A DNA stretch of 64,000 nucleotides, from contig CAYQDN010000010.1 in the NCBI GenBank assembly GCA_964416335.1, positions 18,357 through 82,356 on the forward strand, written 5' to 3'. The stretch's first letter is position 1. Each line of letters opens with the position of its first letter. The notes beneath the pieces are model-generated. The model worked only from the letters and a program-made list of their open reading frames with translations. It was not told the origin of the DNA and did not search any database. Origin of the DNA: an uncultured Azospirillum sp. Lineage in GTDB: Bacteria > Pseudomonadota > Alphaproteobacteria > CACIAM-22H2. The translations under genes and the position numbers were made by a program. This document shows, one piece after another, positions 1 to 9,517 of the stretch.

Positions 1-114
1 AGCATCGAGCACGAAGATCCGATGATGCCGGCCATCGAGGGCATGGAGAAAAGCGTGGCGCTGCTGGAGCGCGCCGCCTTCAACCGGCCGAAACGTTCCA
101 GGGCGAACGGATGA
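1..114 (+). CDS. 3' end of a sugar-phosphate isomerase/epimerase (xylose-isomerase-like TIM barrel), 5' truncated by the window
   Basis: Frame 1 reads SIEHEDPMMPAIEGMEKSVALLER...NG*. SIEHED is typical of the C-terminal strand of this family. Stop TGA at 112-114 overlaps the next ATG (ATGA). Confidence 0.7.
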   Translation, partial: SIEHEDPMMPAIEGMEKSVALLERAAFNRPKRSRANG

Positions 115-722
115 GCGGACGTTCCATCGTCGTGTTCGATCTCGGCGGTGTCCTCATCCGCTGGGATCCGCGTAACCTCTATCGCAAGCTGTTCCCCGGC
201 GACGAAGCCGGCATGGAGAATTTTCTCGCGACCGTCTGCACCGACGAATGGAACGAACGGCAGGATGCGGGGCGGACCTTCGCCGAAGCCGAGGCCGAGC
301 TTGTCGCTCGTCATCCGGAGAAGGCCGGGCTGATCCGTGCCTGGGGTGCACGCTTCGACGAGATGATTCCCGGCGCACTTGACGACGTCGTCGATATCCT
401 GGGCGAGCTGAAGGCAAAGGGCACGCCGCTTTATGCGGTCAGCAACTGGTCGGCGGAGACCTATGTGGCACAGCCCGCGCGCTTCCCGTTCCTCGGCTGG
501 TTCTGCGATGTCGTCGTTTCGGGCGAAGAAGGCGTGATCAAGCCGGATCGGCGGATTTTCGATATCCTTCTCGCGCGCAACGCCATTGCAGCCGAGCACG
601 CCGTGTTCATCGACGACGTTCCGGCCAATACCGCCGCGGCGAGCGCACTGGGTATCCACGGCATCACATTCACATCCGCCGCACGCCTGCGGGTCGATCT
701 GACAGAACTTGGTATTCTCTGA
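111..722 (+). CDS. HAD-IA family phosphatase (YihX-like)
   Basis: Motif I VVFDLGGVL, SN motif II, KP motif III, FIDD motif IV; 203 aa. Confidence 0.88.
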   Translation: MSGRSIVVFDLGGVLIRWDPRNLYRKLFPGDEAGMENFLATVCTDEWNERQDAGRTFAEAEAELVARHPEKAGLIRAWGARFDEMIPGALDDVVDILGELKAKGTPLYAVSNWSAETYVAQPARFPFLGWFCDVVVSGEEGVIKPDRRIFDILLARNAIAAEHAVFIDDVPANTAAASALGIHGITFTSAARLRVDLTELGIL

Positions 723-739
723 ATCTGGAGCCGATTTCA

Positions 740-1636
740 ATGACCGTGCAGATTGCCATTAATCCCATCACCTGGTCCAACGACGACATGCCCGCACTTG
801 GTGGCGACACGCCGTTGGAAGTCTGCCTCGCGGAAACCAAGCAGGCCGGTTATGCCGGAACTGAGATGGGCGGCAAGTTCCCGAACAAGGCGAAGGATTT
901 GAAGCCGATCCTCGACCGCCACGGTCTCAAGTTCGTATCCGGCTGGTACAGCGCCAAGCTGCTGGAGCGCGACGCGGCCGCCGAAATCGCTGCAATCGCA
1001 GCCCATCTCGACCTGATGGCCGACATGGGCTGCAAGGTGATGGTATTCGCCGAGGGCTCGGGCGGCACGCATGGCGACCGGACGAAGCCGGCCGGCAGCC
1101 GCCGGACGATCAAGGATTCGGAGTGGGCCGAATATGCAAAGCGGATCCAGGCGGTCGGCGCGCATATGCGCAAGCGCGGCGTGACGTTGGCCTTCCATCA
1201 CCACATGGGGACTTCGATCCAGACCGAGGCCGAGATCGACCGCCTGATCGCCTCGACCGGTCCCGAAGTGGGATTGCTGCTCGACACCGGGCATGCGACC
1301 TATGCCGGGTGCGATCCAGTGGCACTGGCGCGACGCCACGCCAAGCGCATCGTGCATGTCCACTGCAAGGACGTGCGTCGACCGAAGCTTGAGGCGGCAC
1401 TCAAGAAGGACCAGAGCTTCCTCGACGCGGTCGTCGATGGCGTGTTCACCGTTCCGGGCGACGGCGGCGTCGATTTCCCGTCGGTCCTGAAGACGCTCAA
1501 GGGCGAAGGTTATGCCGGTTGGCTGGTCGTGGAGGCCGAGCAGGATCCCGCGAAGGCGCATCCGCTGACCTACGCCAAGATGGGGTATGCGAATCTGAGT
1601 CGGATGGCGAAGGAAGCGGGTTTCACCGTTTCTTGA
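740..1636 (+). CDS. iolE: myo-inosose-2 (2-keto-myo-inositol) dehydratase
   Basis: INPITWSNDD N-terminus, HHHMGT, LLLDTGH, HVHCKD, FTVPGDG, WLVVEAEQDP; GGAG RBS upstream. Confidence 0.93.
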   Translation: MTVQIAINPITWSNDDMPALGGDTPLEVCLAETKQAGYAGTEMGGKFPNKAKDLKPILDRHGLKFVSGWYSAKLLERDAAAEIAAIAAHLDLMADMGCKVMVFAEGSGGTHGDRTKPAGSRRTIKDSEWAEYAKRIQAVGAHMRKRGVTLAFHHHMGTSIQTEAEIDRLIASTGPEVGLLLDTGHATYAGCDPVALARRHAKRIVHVHCKDVRRPKLEAALKKDQSFLDAVVDGVFTVPGDGGVDFPSVLKTLKGEGYAGWLVVEAEQDPAKAHPLTYAKMGYANLSRMAKEAGFTVS

Positions 1637-1680
1637 CGCCGCACCCGGCCGGCAAAGGGCCGGCCGACAAAGAGGTCATC

Positions 1681-2676
1681 ATGAAGTTCTGTCTCATCGG
1701 TGCGGGGTTCATCGGTCCCTTGCACGCCGCCAACATCACCGCACATCCGCGCGCACAGCTGCATTCGGTGGTCGATCTCAATCGCGGAGCGGCCGAAGCC
1801 ATCGTCGGCAAGCACGGCGGCAGCGTGGCAGCCAATCTGGATGCGGCCCTTGCCGACATGGCGCTTGATGCGGTGGTGATCTGCACGCCGCCCCGGACGC
1901 ACGCGCCGATCATTGAGGCGGCGGCCAAGGCCGGCAAGGCGATCTTCTGCGAAAAGCCGATCGACCTCGATCTTGGCAAGGTCGCGGCGTGCGGCGAAGT
2001 CCTGCGGAAAACCGGCGTGCCGTTCTTCGTCGGCTTCAACCGACGCTTCGATCCCACGCACAAGGCGATGCACGACGCGATCCGCAAGGGCGAGATCGGC
2101 CGGCCCGAGATGCTCGTCGTCTCCAGCCGCGATCCCGAGATTTCACCGCCGGACTATGTCAAGGCGATGCCGTACGGAATCTTCTACGACACGATGATCC
2201 ACGATTTCGACATGGTCCGCTGGCTGACTGGCCGCGAACCGGTCGAGGTCTTCGCACGCACGTCGGTCATGCTCGACGACAAGGTCAATCCGGTGCGCGA
2301 TCCCGACACCGCGATGATCGTGCTGACGATGGACGACGGTGCGCTCGTCCACGTCAATTCGAGCTTCCGGGCCGTCTATGGTTACGACCAGCGGATCGAG
2401 ACGTTTGGCGAGAAGGGCATGCTCATCTCGCGCAACCAGCAGCCGACGGCGCTGGAGCGTTACGGAGCCGACGGCATCCGCCAGGACCCGCTGCACTACT
2501 TCTTCATCCAGCGCTATGCGCAGGCCTATGCCGACGAACTCGACCATTTCGTCCAGGCCGTGGAAGGCAAGACGAAGATGTCGATCGGCTTCGAGGACGG
2601 GCGGCGGGCACTCGCCATCGCCTATGCGGCGATGGAGTCCGCGAAATCCGGCAAGACGGTGGCGATCCGGAACTGA
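1681..2676 (+). CDS. iolG: Gfo/Idh/MocA oxidoreductase, inositol 2-dehydrogenase-like
   Basis: GAGFIG, CEKP, GFNRRFDP, SRDP, DTMIHDFD, YGYDQRIE. Start moved to ATG 1681 behind an AGAGG RBS. Confidence 0.85.
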   Translation: MKFCLIGAGFIGPLHAANITAHPRAQLHSVVDLNRGAAEAIVGKHGGSVAANLDAALADMALDAVVICTPPRTHAPIIEAAAKAGKAIFCEKPIDLDLGKVAACGEVLRKTGVPFFVGFNRRFDPTHKAMHDAIRKGEIGRPEMLVVSSRDPEISPPDYVKAMPYGIFYDTMIHDFDMVRWLTGREPVEVFARTSVMLDDKVNPVRDPDTAMIVLTMDDGALVHVNSSFRAVYGYDQRIETFGEKGMLISRNQQPTALERYGADGIRQDPLHYFFIQRYAQAYADELDHFVQAVEGKTKMSIGFEDGRRALAIAYAAMESAKSGKTVAIRN

Positions 2677-2689
2677 ATTCCGGTTCGCC

Positions 2690-3760
2690 TTACACGACGG
2701 TCGGAAGCACCGCCAGCCCGGACGGCGTGAAGGACATCGTCACGTCCTTGCCGGCCAGTACGAGATCGTCGGTCTGGCGGTCGATGACGAAGAGTTCGCC
2801 GATCTCGGTGGCGACCGTGTATTCGGCATGGTCGCCCAGGAAAATCGACCGGACGATCCGGCCCGGCAGCGTGTCGTGTGACGGCGTGAAGCCGAGACGG
2901 ATCGCCTCCGGCCGGATGGCGAGTTCGATGGCACCGTCGCCCACCCCGCCGTGGGGCAGGACCAGCGACAGGCTGCCGAGCGATATCGTGCCGGCAATGT
3001 CGTCGCGCCGCACCAGTCTCGCTGCCACGACGTTCGCTTCGCCCATGAATCCGGCGATGAAACGGTTGGCCGGGCGGCGGTAGAGATCGACGGGCGAACC
3101 CTGCTGGGCGATCCGGCCGCGGTCCATCACGATGATCCGGTCGGAGACGGCGAGCGCTTCTACCTGGTCGTGCGTGACATATACGGCCGTAAGGCCCAGG
3201 CGCTGCTGGAGCTCGCGGATCTCGTCGCGGACATGCCGGCGCAGACGCGCGTCGAGATTCGACAGCGGCTCGTCGAACAGGAGGACTGCCGGTTCCAGCA
3301 CGATCGCACGGGCGACCGCCACGCGCTGCTGCTGGCCGCCGGACAGCTCGCTCGGCAACCGGCCTTCGAGGCCACCGAGGCCGACGAGCTTCAGCGTCTC
3401 GTGTGCCTGCGCCTCGGCTTCGGTACGGCGCTTGCCGCTCGAGATCAGCCCGTATGCGACATTGCGCACCACACTCATGTGCGGGAACAACGCATAGGAC
3501 TGGAACACCATGCTGACATCGCGGTCGGTCGCCGACAGGTGCGTGACATCGGCCCCATTGATCAGGATCGAACCTTCGGTCGCGCGGTCGAGACCCGCGA
3601 TGAGGCGCAGCGTGGATGTTTTTCCGCAACCCGATGGGCCAAGAAGCGTTACGAGCGTGCCCTTCTCGATGGTGAAGGACACGGTATCGACGGCGGCGAT
3701 GTTGCCATAGCGTTTGGCAACGGCGCGGAACTCGACGGCAGGGATTGCTGGTTTTGTCAT
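2690..3760 (-). CDS. ABC ATPase (AfuC/FbpC/PotA type)
   Basis: [34 protein letters not shown]-terminal TOBE-like region. Start MTKPAIP overlaps the permease stop. Confidence 0.92.
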   Translation of the reverse strand: MTKPAIPAVEFRAVAKRYGNIAAVDTVSFTIEKGTLVTLLGPSGCGKTSTLRLIAGLDRATEGSILINGADVTHLSATDRDVSMVFQSYALFPHMSVVRNVAYGLISSGKRRTEAEAQAHETLKLVGLGGLEGRLPSELSGGQQQRVAVARAIVLEPAVLLFDEPLSNLDARLRRHVRDEIRELQQRLGLTAVYVTHDQVEALAVSDRIIVMDRGRIAQQGSPVDLYRRPANRFIAGFMGEANVVAARLVRRDDIAGTISLGSLSLVLPHGGVGDGAIELAIRPEAIRLGFTPSHDTLPGRIVRSIFLGDHAEYTVATEIGELFVIDRQTDDLVLAGKDVTMSFTPSGLAVLPTVV

Positions 3761-5940
3761 GCGGCTTTCACGATCGCGACGGGATCGGCGCGCCGGCGCA
3801 GGCGCCGTTCGCCGATCAGGAACTGGATGCCGGTGATGGTCGCCAGCATCAGGACGATGAGCACGGAAGAATAGGCGATTGCCATGCCGTAAGTCCCGGC
3901 CTCGGCCAGATTGACGATATAGACGGTCGACAGCATGACGCCAGGACTGACGAGGAAGATGACGGCCGAGATCGACGTCATCGCCGAGACGAATCCGTAG
4001 ACGACGCCGGCAAGGATCGCCGGGCGCAGCAGCGGGACCAGCACCCGGCACACCGTGCCGAACGAGCCCGTGCGCAGCGTCAGGGACGCCTCCTCGAGGC
4101 TCTTGTCGATCTGCTCGAGCGTGGCGATGCCCGCGCGCACGCCGGGGCCCATGTTGCGCACCATGAAGCTGATGACGACGATGAGGCCCGTCTGCACAAG
4201 CTCCAGCGGCGGGTTGTTGAAGGCGAGGATATAGGCAATCCCCAGCACGGTCCCGGGCACGGCCGCCGCCGTCAGCGTGCCGATCTCGAATGCCGTGCGC
4301 CCGAAGAAGCGGCGGCGTGCGAGCAGATAGGCGGTCATCAGGCCGAAGATCGCGGTCAGCGGTGCGGCGATGAAGGAGAGCTTCAGCGTCGTGAACAGCG
4401 AATCCCAGGCCTGGCCCGTGAAGCGCAGGCCCTGGTCTCCGAAGCTCATGCCGAACGCGTTGATGTAGTGCCGGAACGTCATCGTGTGGTTGAGGCCCCA
4501 GTTCTCGACGAAGCCGCCGAACAGGATCATGCCGTAGATGACGAGTGTCAGTGCGGCCCACGGGATCGCGATCGCCTGGCAGGCCCAGCGCACGCCGGTG
4601 GGCAGCGGCATCGAACCGCCGGTCTGGCCCTTGCCGGCGATGGTGACGAATGTCTTGTTGGCGAGCGTGCGACGCTGGACGAGGAAGACCGCGACCATGA
4701 TCGCAAGCAATATGAGGCCGAGGACGGCGGCCACGCCGCGGTCCTGCCGTGCGCCGACGATGGCAAAATAGATGCTCGTCGCCAGCACCTGATAGTCGCC
4801 GCCGAGCAGCAGCGGATTGCCGAAATCGGCGAGGCTTTCGATGAAGCCAATGAGGAAGGCGTTGGCGATCCCGGGCAAGGCGAGCGGCAGCGTCACTGTG
4901 CGGAACACGCGCGCAGGACCGGCGCGCAACGTCTGTGCGGCTTCCTCGAGCGACGGGTTGATCCCCTGGATCACGCCGACGAGCACGAGATAGGCGACCG
5001 GCGTAAACGAAAGCGTCTGGGCAAGCCACACGCCGGGAAAGCCGTAGATCCATCGGCCCCCTTCGAACCCGAATGCCATTTCGAGGCCGCGGTTGATCGC
5101 ACCGTTGCGTCCCATCAGCAGGATGAGGGCAAGGCCCACGACGAAGGGCGGGGCAATGATCGGCAGGATCGACAGGAAACGCAGCACGCGGCGGCCGACG
5201 AAGGCGGTGCGGTCGGTGACCAGCGCAAAGGTGAGCGCCAGGAAGGTCGAGGATGTCGCGGATGCGATCCCGAGCAACAGCGTGTTCGCCACCACGCCGC
5301 CGGGTGCCCAGATCCGCGGATTGGCGAGGCGCACCCAAAGGAGTTCGGGAGCGAACGCCCCGCGCGGCGTCTGCACGGCACCAAGGCCCATGCATGCCAG
5401 CGGATAGACGACGAATACGCAGATCACGCTGACGACCGTGCCAAGCATCCCGGTCGTGAAGAAGTCGCCGTCGCATGCACCGCGCGCGGCAAGGCCGCGG
5501 CAGGTCAGCATGAGAGCCGAGAAACCGTAGACGAACGCGCCAAGGCCGAGGCCGGGATTGCGCCGGGGCAGGGGCCCGAACAGTGTGGCCGGCAGCGACC
5601 ACGTCCAGCCGCGCAGATCGACCGAGACGGCAACGAGAACGAGCCATGCAAGAGCGAGCAGGCCGATCGCGACGAGCCATGCGCCGTTGCGGCGATCGAG
5701 CAGGAGGGGGCGTAGCGGAAGTGCTGCAAGCGCCAGCGGCAGGGCAAGCGGAAGCAGCCACACGCGCCCGCCCGCCACCGCCTGACCGAGAGCCGATCCG
5801 CTGATCCCGGCAGGCCAGCTCCGCAGCCACTCGAAGGCGAGGATGCCGGCATCGTCGCCCTGCCAGGGCAGCAAGGTGAAGGCGATCCAGGCGAGACCCA
5901 GCCAGCCGAGGCCGGCGATCCGTCGGTTGGCTGGGTTCAT
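3757..5940 (-). CDS. ABC permease, double BPD_transp_1 domain (AfuB/FbpB type)
   Basis: Two EAA loops (LEEAAQTL, LEEASLTL), ESLADFGNP, many TM helices; 727 aa. Confidence 0.92.
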   Translation of the reverse strand: MNPANRRIAGLGWLGLAWIAFTLLPWQGDDAGILAFEWLRSWPAGISGSALGQAVAGGRVWLLPLALPLALAALPLRPLLLDRRNGAWLVAIGLLALAWLVLVAVSVDLRGWTWSLPATLFGPLPRRNPGLGLGAFVYGFSALMLTCRGLAARGACDGDFFTTGMLGTVVSVICVFVVYPLACMGLGAVQTPRGAFAPELLWVRLANPRIWAPGGVVANTLLLGIASATSSTFLALTFALVTDRTAFVGRRVLRFLSILPIIAPPFVVGLALILLMGRNGAINRGLEMAFGFEGGRWIYGFPGVWLAQTLSFTPVAYLVLVGVIQGINPSLEEAAQTLRAGPARVFRTVTLPLALPGIANAFLIGFIESLADFGNPLLLGGDYQVLATSIYFAIVGARQDRGVAAVLGLILLAIMVAVFLVQRRTLANKTFVTIAGKGQTGGSMPLPTGVRWACQAIAIPWAALTLVIYGMILFGGFVENWGLNHTMTFRHYINAFGMSFGDQGLRFTGQAWDSLFTTLKLSFIAAPLTAIFGLMTAYLLARRRFFGRTAFEIGTLTAAAVPGTVLGIAYILAFNNPPLELVQTGLIVVISFMVRNMGPGVRAGIATLEQIDKSLEEASLTLRTGSFGTVCRVLVPLLRPAILAGVVYGFVSAMTSISAVIFLVSPGVMLSTVYIVNLAEAGTYGMAIAYSSVLIVLMLATITGIQFLIGERRLRRRADPVAIVKAA

Positions 5941-5984
5941 TTCGGCAATTCTACCACGAAAGACGTACCAGTCACTTCAGTCCA

Positions 5985-7019
5985 TCACTTCGGCGCCGAC
6001 TTCACTTCCTTCTCGAAGCGCGCGAGGATCGCGTTGCGCGCGTCGTCCGTGGCGTACTTGAGCAGGTCGTAGTCGATCATCTTCACCTGGTCGGCGCGCG
6101 GGGCCAGCGGGTGGATCTTGGCGTTCTTGTTCGACTGGATCTGGTACTTGTTCATGTCGAACGAGACGTTCTGGCCTTCCACGCTCAGGACGAAGTCGGC
6201 CCACTTGCGGGCCCCCTCGACGTTGCGCGCGTCCTTCACGATTGCGACACCGGGCATCTCGAAGCCGGTTCCCTCGCAAGGCGCCACCGACTTCACGGGG
6301 AAGCCCTCGACCGCCTGCGCCACCGAGTCATGCAGGAACGCGATGCCGATCGTCGTCTCGCCGCGCGCGGCTGCCTTGATGCCGGCAGTGCCCGAGCGCG
6401 TGTACTGGTTGATGTTCTTGTGCAGCTCCTTGAGGTACGCGAAGCCCTTCTCGTCACCCATGATCTGCAGGATCGTCGTGACCATCGTGTAGGCCGTACC
6501 GGAGGTCGAAGGATCGGCCATCTGGATCTCGCTCTTGTACGCCGCCTTGGTGAGGTCGGCCCAGCACTTGGGCTCCGGCATGCCCTTCTTGGCGAGAAGG
6601 TCGGCGTTGTAGCCGAAGCCGATCACGCCGGTATAGATCGGCGTCAAGATGTAGTTGGTCGAGGCGGCGGCCTTCACCGCCCAATCGTACAGCTCGCCGA
6701 GCTTGGGCGATTTGTAGGCTTCGAGGAAGCCTTCCTTGGTGGCGATTGCGGTCACATCGGGACCGGCTGAGTGCCAGACGTCGAAACGCGGATTGCCTGC
6801 TTCGGCCTTCAGCTGTGCCAGCACCTCGCCGTCCGACTTGCGGCTGATGGCGGCCTTCATGCCGGTCGTCGCTTCGAACTTGACGCGGAGCGCTTCGCAC
6901 CATTCGAGTTCGAAAGTGCAGTTGACCACGACCTGCTGGGCGTGGGCCGGACGGACGCTCAGGCCGGCGAGTGCGGCAATGCCGACCGCCGCGAACGTGG
7001 TGATGACGCGTTGCATCAT
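5985..7019 (-). CDS. ABC substrate-binding protein, AfuA/FbpA family (likely sugar- or inositol-phosphate)
   Basis: Signal peptide (AHA-Q), PKCWADL, PSTSGTAY, FLHD...GTGFE; no FbpA YY iron ligands. Confidence 0.88.
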   Translation of the reverse strand: MMQRVITTFAAVGIAALAGLSVRPAHAQQVVVNCTFELEWCEALRVKFEATTGMKAAISRKSDGEVLAQLKAEAGNPRFDVWHSAGPDVTAIATKEGFLEAYKSPKLGELYDWAVKAAASTNYILTPIYTGVIGFGYNADLLAKKGMPEPKCWADLTKAAYKSEIQMADPSTSGTAYTMVTTILQIMGDEKGFAYLKELHKNINQYTRSGTAGIKAAARGETTIGIAFLHDSVAQAVEGFPVKSVAPCEGTGFEMPGVAIVKDARNVEGARKWADFVLSVEGQNVSFDMNKYQIQSNKNAKIHPLAPRADQVKMIDYDLLKYATDDARNAILARFEKEVKSAPK

Positions 7020-7090
7020 GCTGCTATCCCCTTGCTTGGGGCCCGCGACCGAGCGCGGACCGGGCCGAACTGTCCGTCACGATAACAACG

Positions 7091-7116
7091 AAATGGTCTT
7101 TCCATAAGAGCCATTT
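7091..7116. promoter_or_regulatory. Inverted repeat, candidate MocR-family operator
   Basis: AAATGGTCTT-TCCAT-AAGAGCCATTT in the divergent gap between the SBP and the regulator. Confidence 0.5.
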
Positions 7117-7164
7117 CCCGCTATTCGATGGGATCATTTATAGACCCCGAAAACGGACTTTCCG

Positions 7165-8685
7165 ATGCCGAAAAGAGCCTACCAGGCCGATGTCGTGCCC
7201 ATCCGCCTCGAAAAGTCGGATGCCGCCCCGCTGTTCCGCCAGCTCTATATCGCACTTCGCGATGCGATCCTGTCGGGCCAGCTCGTCGCCGGTGCACGCC
7301 TGCCGGCCACGCGCACGATGGCCGCAAGCCTCGACGTCGCGCGCAATACCGTCATCACGGCCTATGAGCAGTTGCGCGTCGAAGGCTATCTCGAGGGCAA
7401 GGTCGGCTCGGGCACCGTCGTGGCGCGCGACCTGCCGGTTGACTACCCCATGCCCGGCGGGCCGGGCCTGCGCGAAAAGCCCGCGCACCAGGACCAGCCG
7501 CGCCTGCGCGACCGCCGCCTGACCGCACAGGCCAGCAAGGCAGTCGATTTCATCTCGCGCACGCCAAGGCGTGGCGATGGAGCGTTTGAGATCGATACCC
7601 CCGCGCTTGATGCGCTGCCGCTGGAAACGCTGCGCCGGCTCCTCACGCCCAAGCTGCGCACCGACTTCCGCAAGCTGCTGACTGCCTCGGATCCCGCCGG
7701 GATCGAGCCCCTGCGCCGGGCGATCGCGGAATGGGCGCAAGCCTCGCGCGGGATCGCTTGCTCGGCCGACCAGGTCGTCGTGACGGCCGGCGGACAGCAC
7801 GGTATCGATCTGGTGGCGCGCGCCCTGCTTGTTGCGGGCGACGTGGCGGGTGTCGAAGATCCGGGCGATCCGTTCGTGCGAACGCTGTTGCGCGGGCTTG
7901 GCGCCGACGTGCGCGGCATTCCGGTAGACGATGAAGGGATGGCCGTCGAGACGCTGGTCGAAAGCGGCATGAACGCACGGCTGGTGCACATCACGCCATC
8001 CAACCATTTCCCGCTCGGCGGCACGATGCCGATGCCGCGCCGCATGGCGCTGCTGAACTGGGCGCAGCAGACCGGGGCGATCATCCTGGAAGACGACTGC
8101 GACAGCGAGTTCCGCTATTCGAGCCGCCCGCTTGCGGCCCTGAAGGCGCTCGACCGTGCCGACAACGTCGTCTATGTCGGCACGTTCAGCCGCATCATCC
8201 TGCCCTCGCTGCGGCTCGGGTACCTGATCCTGCCCGAGGATCTCGTCGCACCCGTCGTTGCAATCCGGTCGCTGACCGACCGGCACCCGCCGCCGATCGA
8301 GCAGATTCTCGTCGCCGAGTTCATGCTGAATGGTCATTTCTCGACGCACGTCCGACGCATGCGCAAGCTCTATGCTGATCGTCAGCAGATGTTGGTATCA
8401 GCGCTGCGCCGAGAGTTCGACAACCTATTCGACATCCGCCCCGCTGGCGCAGGCATGCACATCATCGGATGGCTGCCGCGCGGTTGGGGCGATACTGCAC
8501 TTGCCGATCTTGCGGCGAGCAAGGGTGTGGTGCTCCGACCGGTCTCGCCGTTCTACTATCAGCGTGCGCCGCGCTCGGGCGTCATGCTCGGCCATGCCAG
8601 CGTGACGTCCGGGCAACTGCGCAACGGGATGCGGTTGCTGGCCAAAACCGTGGCTGAATTCAAATCAGGTAAAGGGGGTGCGTAG
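7165..8685 (+). CDS. GntR/MocR-family regulator (wHTH + aminotransferase-like domain) with the PLP Lys replaced by Arg
   Basis: LPATRTMAASLDVARNTVITAYEQL HTH; EDDCDSEF; YVGTFSRIILPSLRLGY. Confidence 0.92.
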   Translation: MPKRAYQADVVPIRLEKSDAAPLFRQLYIALRDAILSGQLVAGARLPATRTMAASLDVARNTVITAYEQLRVEGYLEGKVGSGTVVARDLPVDYPMPGGPGLREKPAHQDQPRLRDRRLTAQASKAVDFISRTPRRGDGAFEIDTPALDALPLETLRRLLTPKLRTDFRKLLTASDPAGIEPLRRAIAEWAQASRGIACSADQVVVTAGGQHGIDLVARALLVAGDVAGVEDPGDPFVRTLLRGLGADVRGIPVDDEGMAVETLVESGMNARLVHITPSNHFPLGGTMPMPRRMALLNWAQQTGAIILEDDCDSEFRYSSRPLAALKALDRADNVVYVGTFSRIILPSLRLGYLILPEDLVAPVVAIRSLTDRHPPPIEQILVAEFMLNGHFSTHVRRMRKLYADRQQMLVSALRREFDNLFDIRPAGAGMHIIGWLPRGWGDTALADLAASKGVVLRPVSPFYYQRAPRSGVMLGHASVTSGQLRNGMRLLAKTVAEFKSGKGGA

Positions 8686-8707
8686 TGCGGCTATCCAACC
8701 GCCGGGA

Positions 8708-9511
8708 TCAAGGATTGCCGGCCGGGTCCAAATGATCCAGCCCACATAGATCAACCATCGACTTCCAAAGCCCTGGTGCGCTTGCAAGCATCTCGTTCCC
8801 ATCGATCAGCGCATTTCCAGTCAGAAAATCGTTGGTCTTTCCGCCAGCCTCGCGCACGAGAAGCGCACCGGCAAGAACGTCCCACGAATTGAGGTGGTGT
8901 TCGAAATAGCCGTCGATGCGGCCGTCGGCGATCTGCGCAAGACCAAGTGCGGCCGAACCCGATTGCCGCACGTCATAACCGGCGGCAAGCAGGCGCAGGA
9001 CCACGGCCGTATAGTCTTCGAGCGGGCGCCGGCGGGTGTAGCCGACCTCGACCATCGCCTTTGCAGGCTCGGTCGTCGGACGCACACGCAAGGCACGCCC
9101 GTCGCGGAAAGCGCCGTGCCCGTTGCGCGCCCAATACTGGCTGCGCGCGACCGGATCGTCGATAACGCCAATCTGCGTCGTTCCGGAATCGACAAAGGCG
9201 ATCGAAACGCAGAAATGCGGAAGACCGCGCGCGAAGTTCGACGTCCCGTCGATCGGGTCGACGACCCAAACCCGCGGTCCGGTTTCGCCACCGTCTTCCT
9301 CGCCGAGAAATGCGTCCTCCGGGAACAAGGAGGCGAGGCGCGCGCGGATCAATCGTTCGACGGCACCATCGGCTTCGGTTGCGATGTCCTGCAGGCCCTT
9401 CTGCGACACCGCAAGGTCGCCGGCACGCGCGAAGTAGCTGCGGGCCATCTCGGCAGCCTCGCCACCGATGGTGCGCGCGGCCTCAAGTCTCTTTTGTATG
9501 TTCGCCGTCAT
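8708..9511 (-). CDS. Inositol monophosphatase family protein
   Basis: TEAD, LGEE, WVVDPIDGTSNF, GSAAL, WDVLAG motifs. Confidence 0.93.
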   Translation of the reverse strand: MTANIQKRLEAARTIGGEAAEMARSYFARAGDLAVSQKGLQDIATEADGAVERLIRARLASLFPEDAFLGEEDGGETGPRVWVVDPIDGTSNFARGLPHFCVSIAFVDSGTTQIGVIDDPVARSQYWARNGHGAFRDGRALRVRPTTEPAKAMVEVGYTRRRPLEDYTAVVLRLLAAGYDVRQSGSAALGLAQIADGRIDGYFEHHLNSWDVLAGALLVREAGGKTNDFLTGNALIDGNEMLASAPGLWKSMVDLCGLDHLDPAGNP

Positions 9512-9517
9512 CGTGCC

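Noticed and set aside
5985-7019. Ferric-iron uptake annotation for the Fbp-like cassettes
   Set aside because: No Tyr-Tyr iron ligands and no iron-related neighbours.
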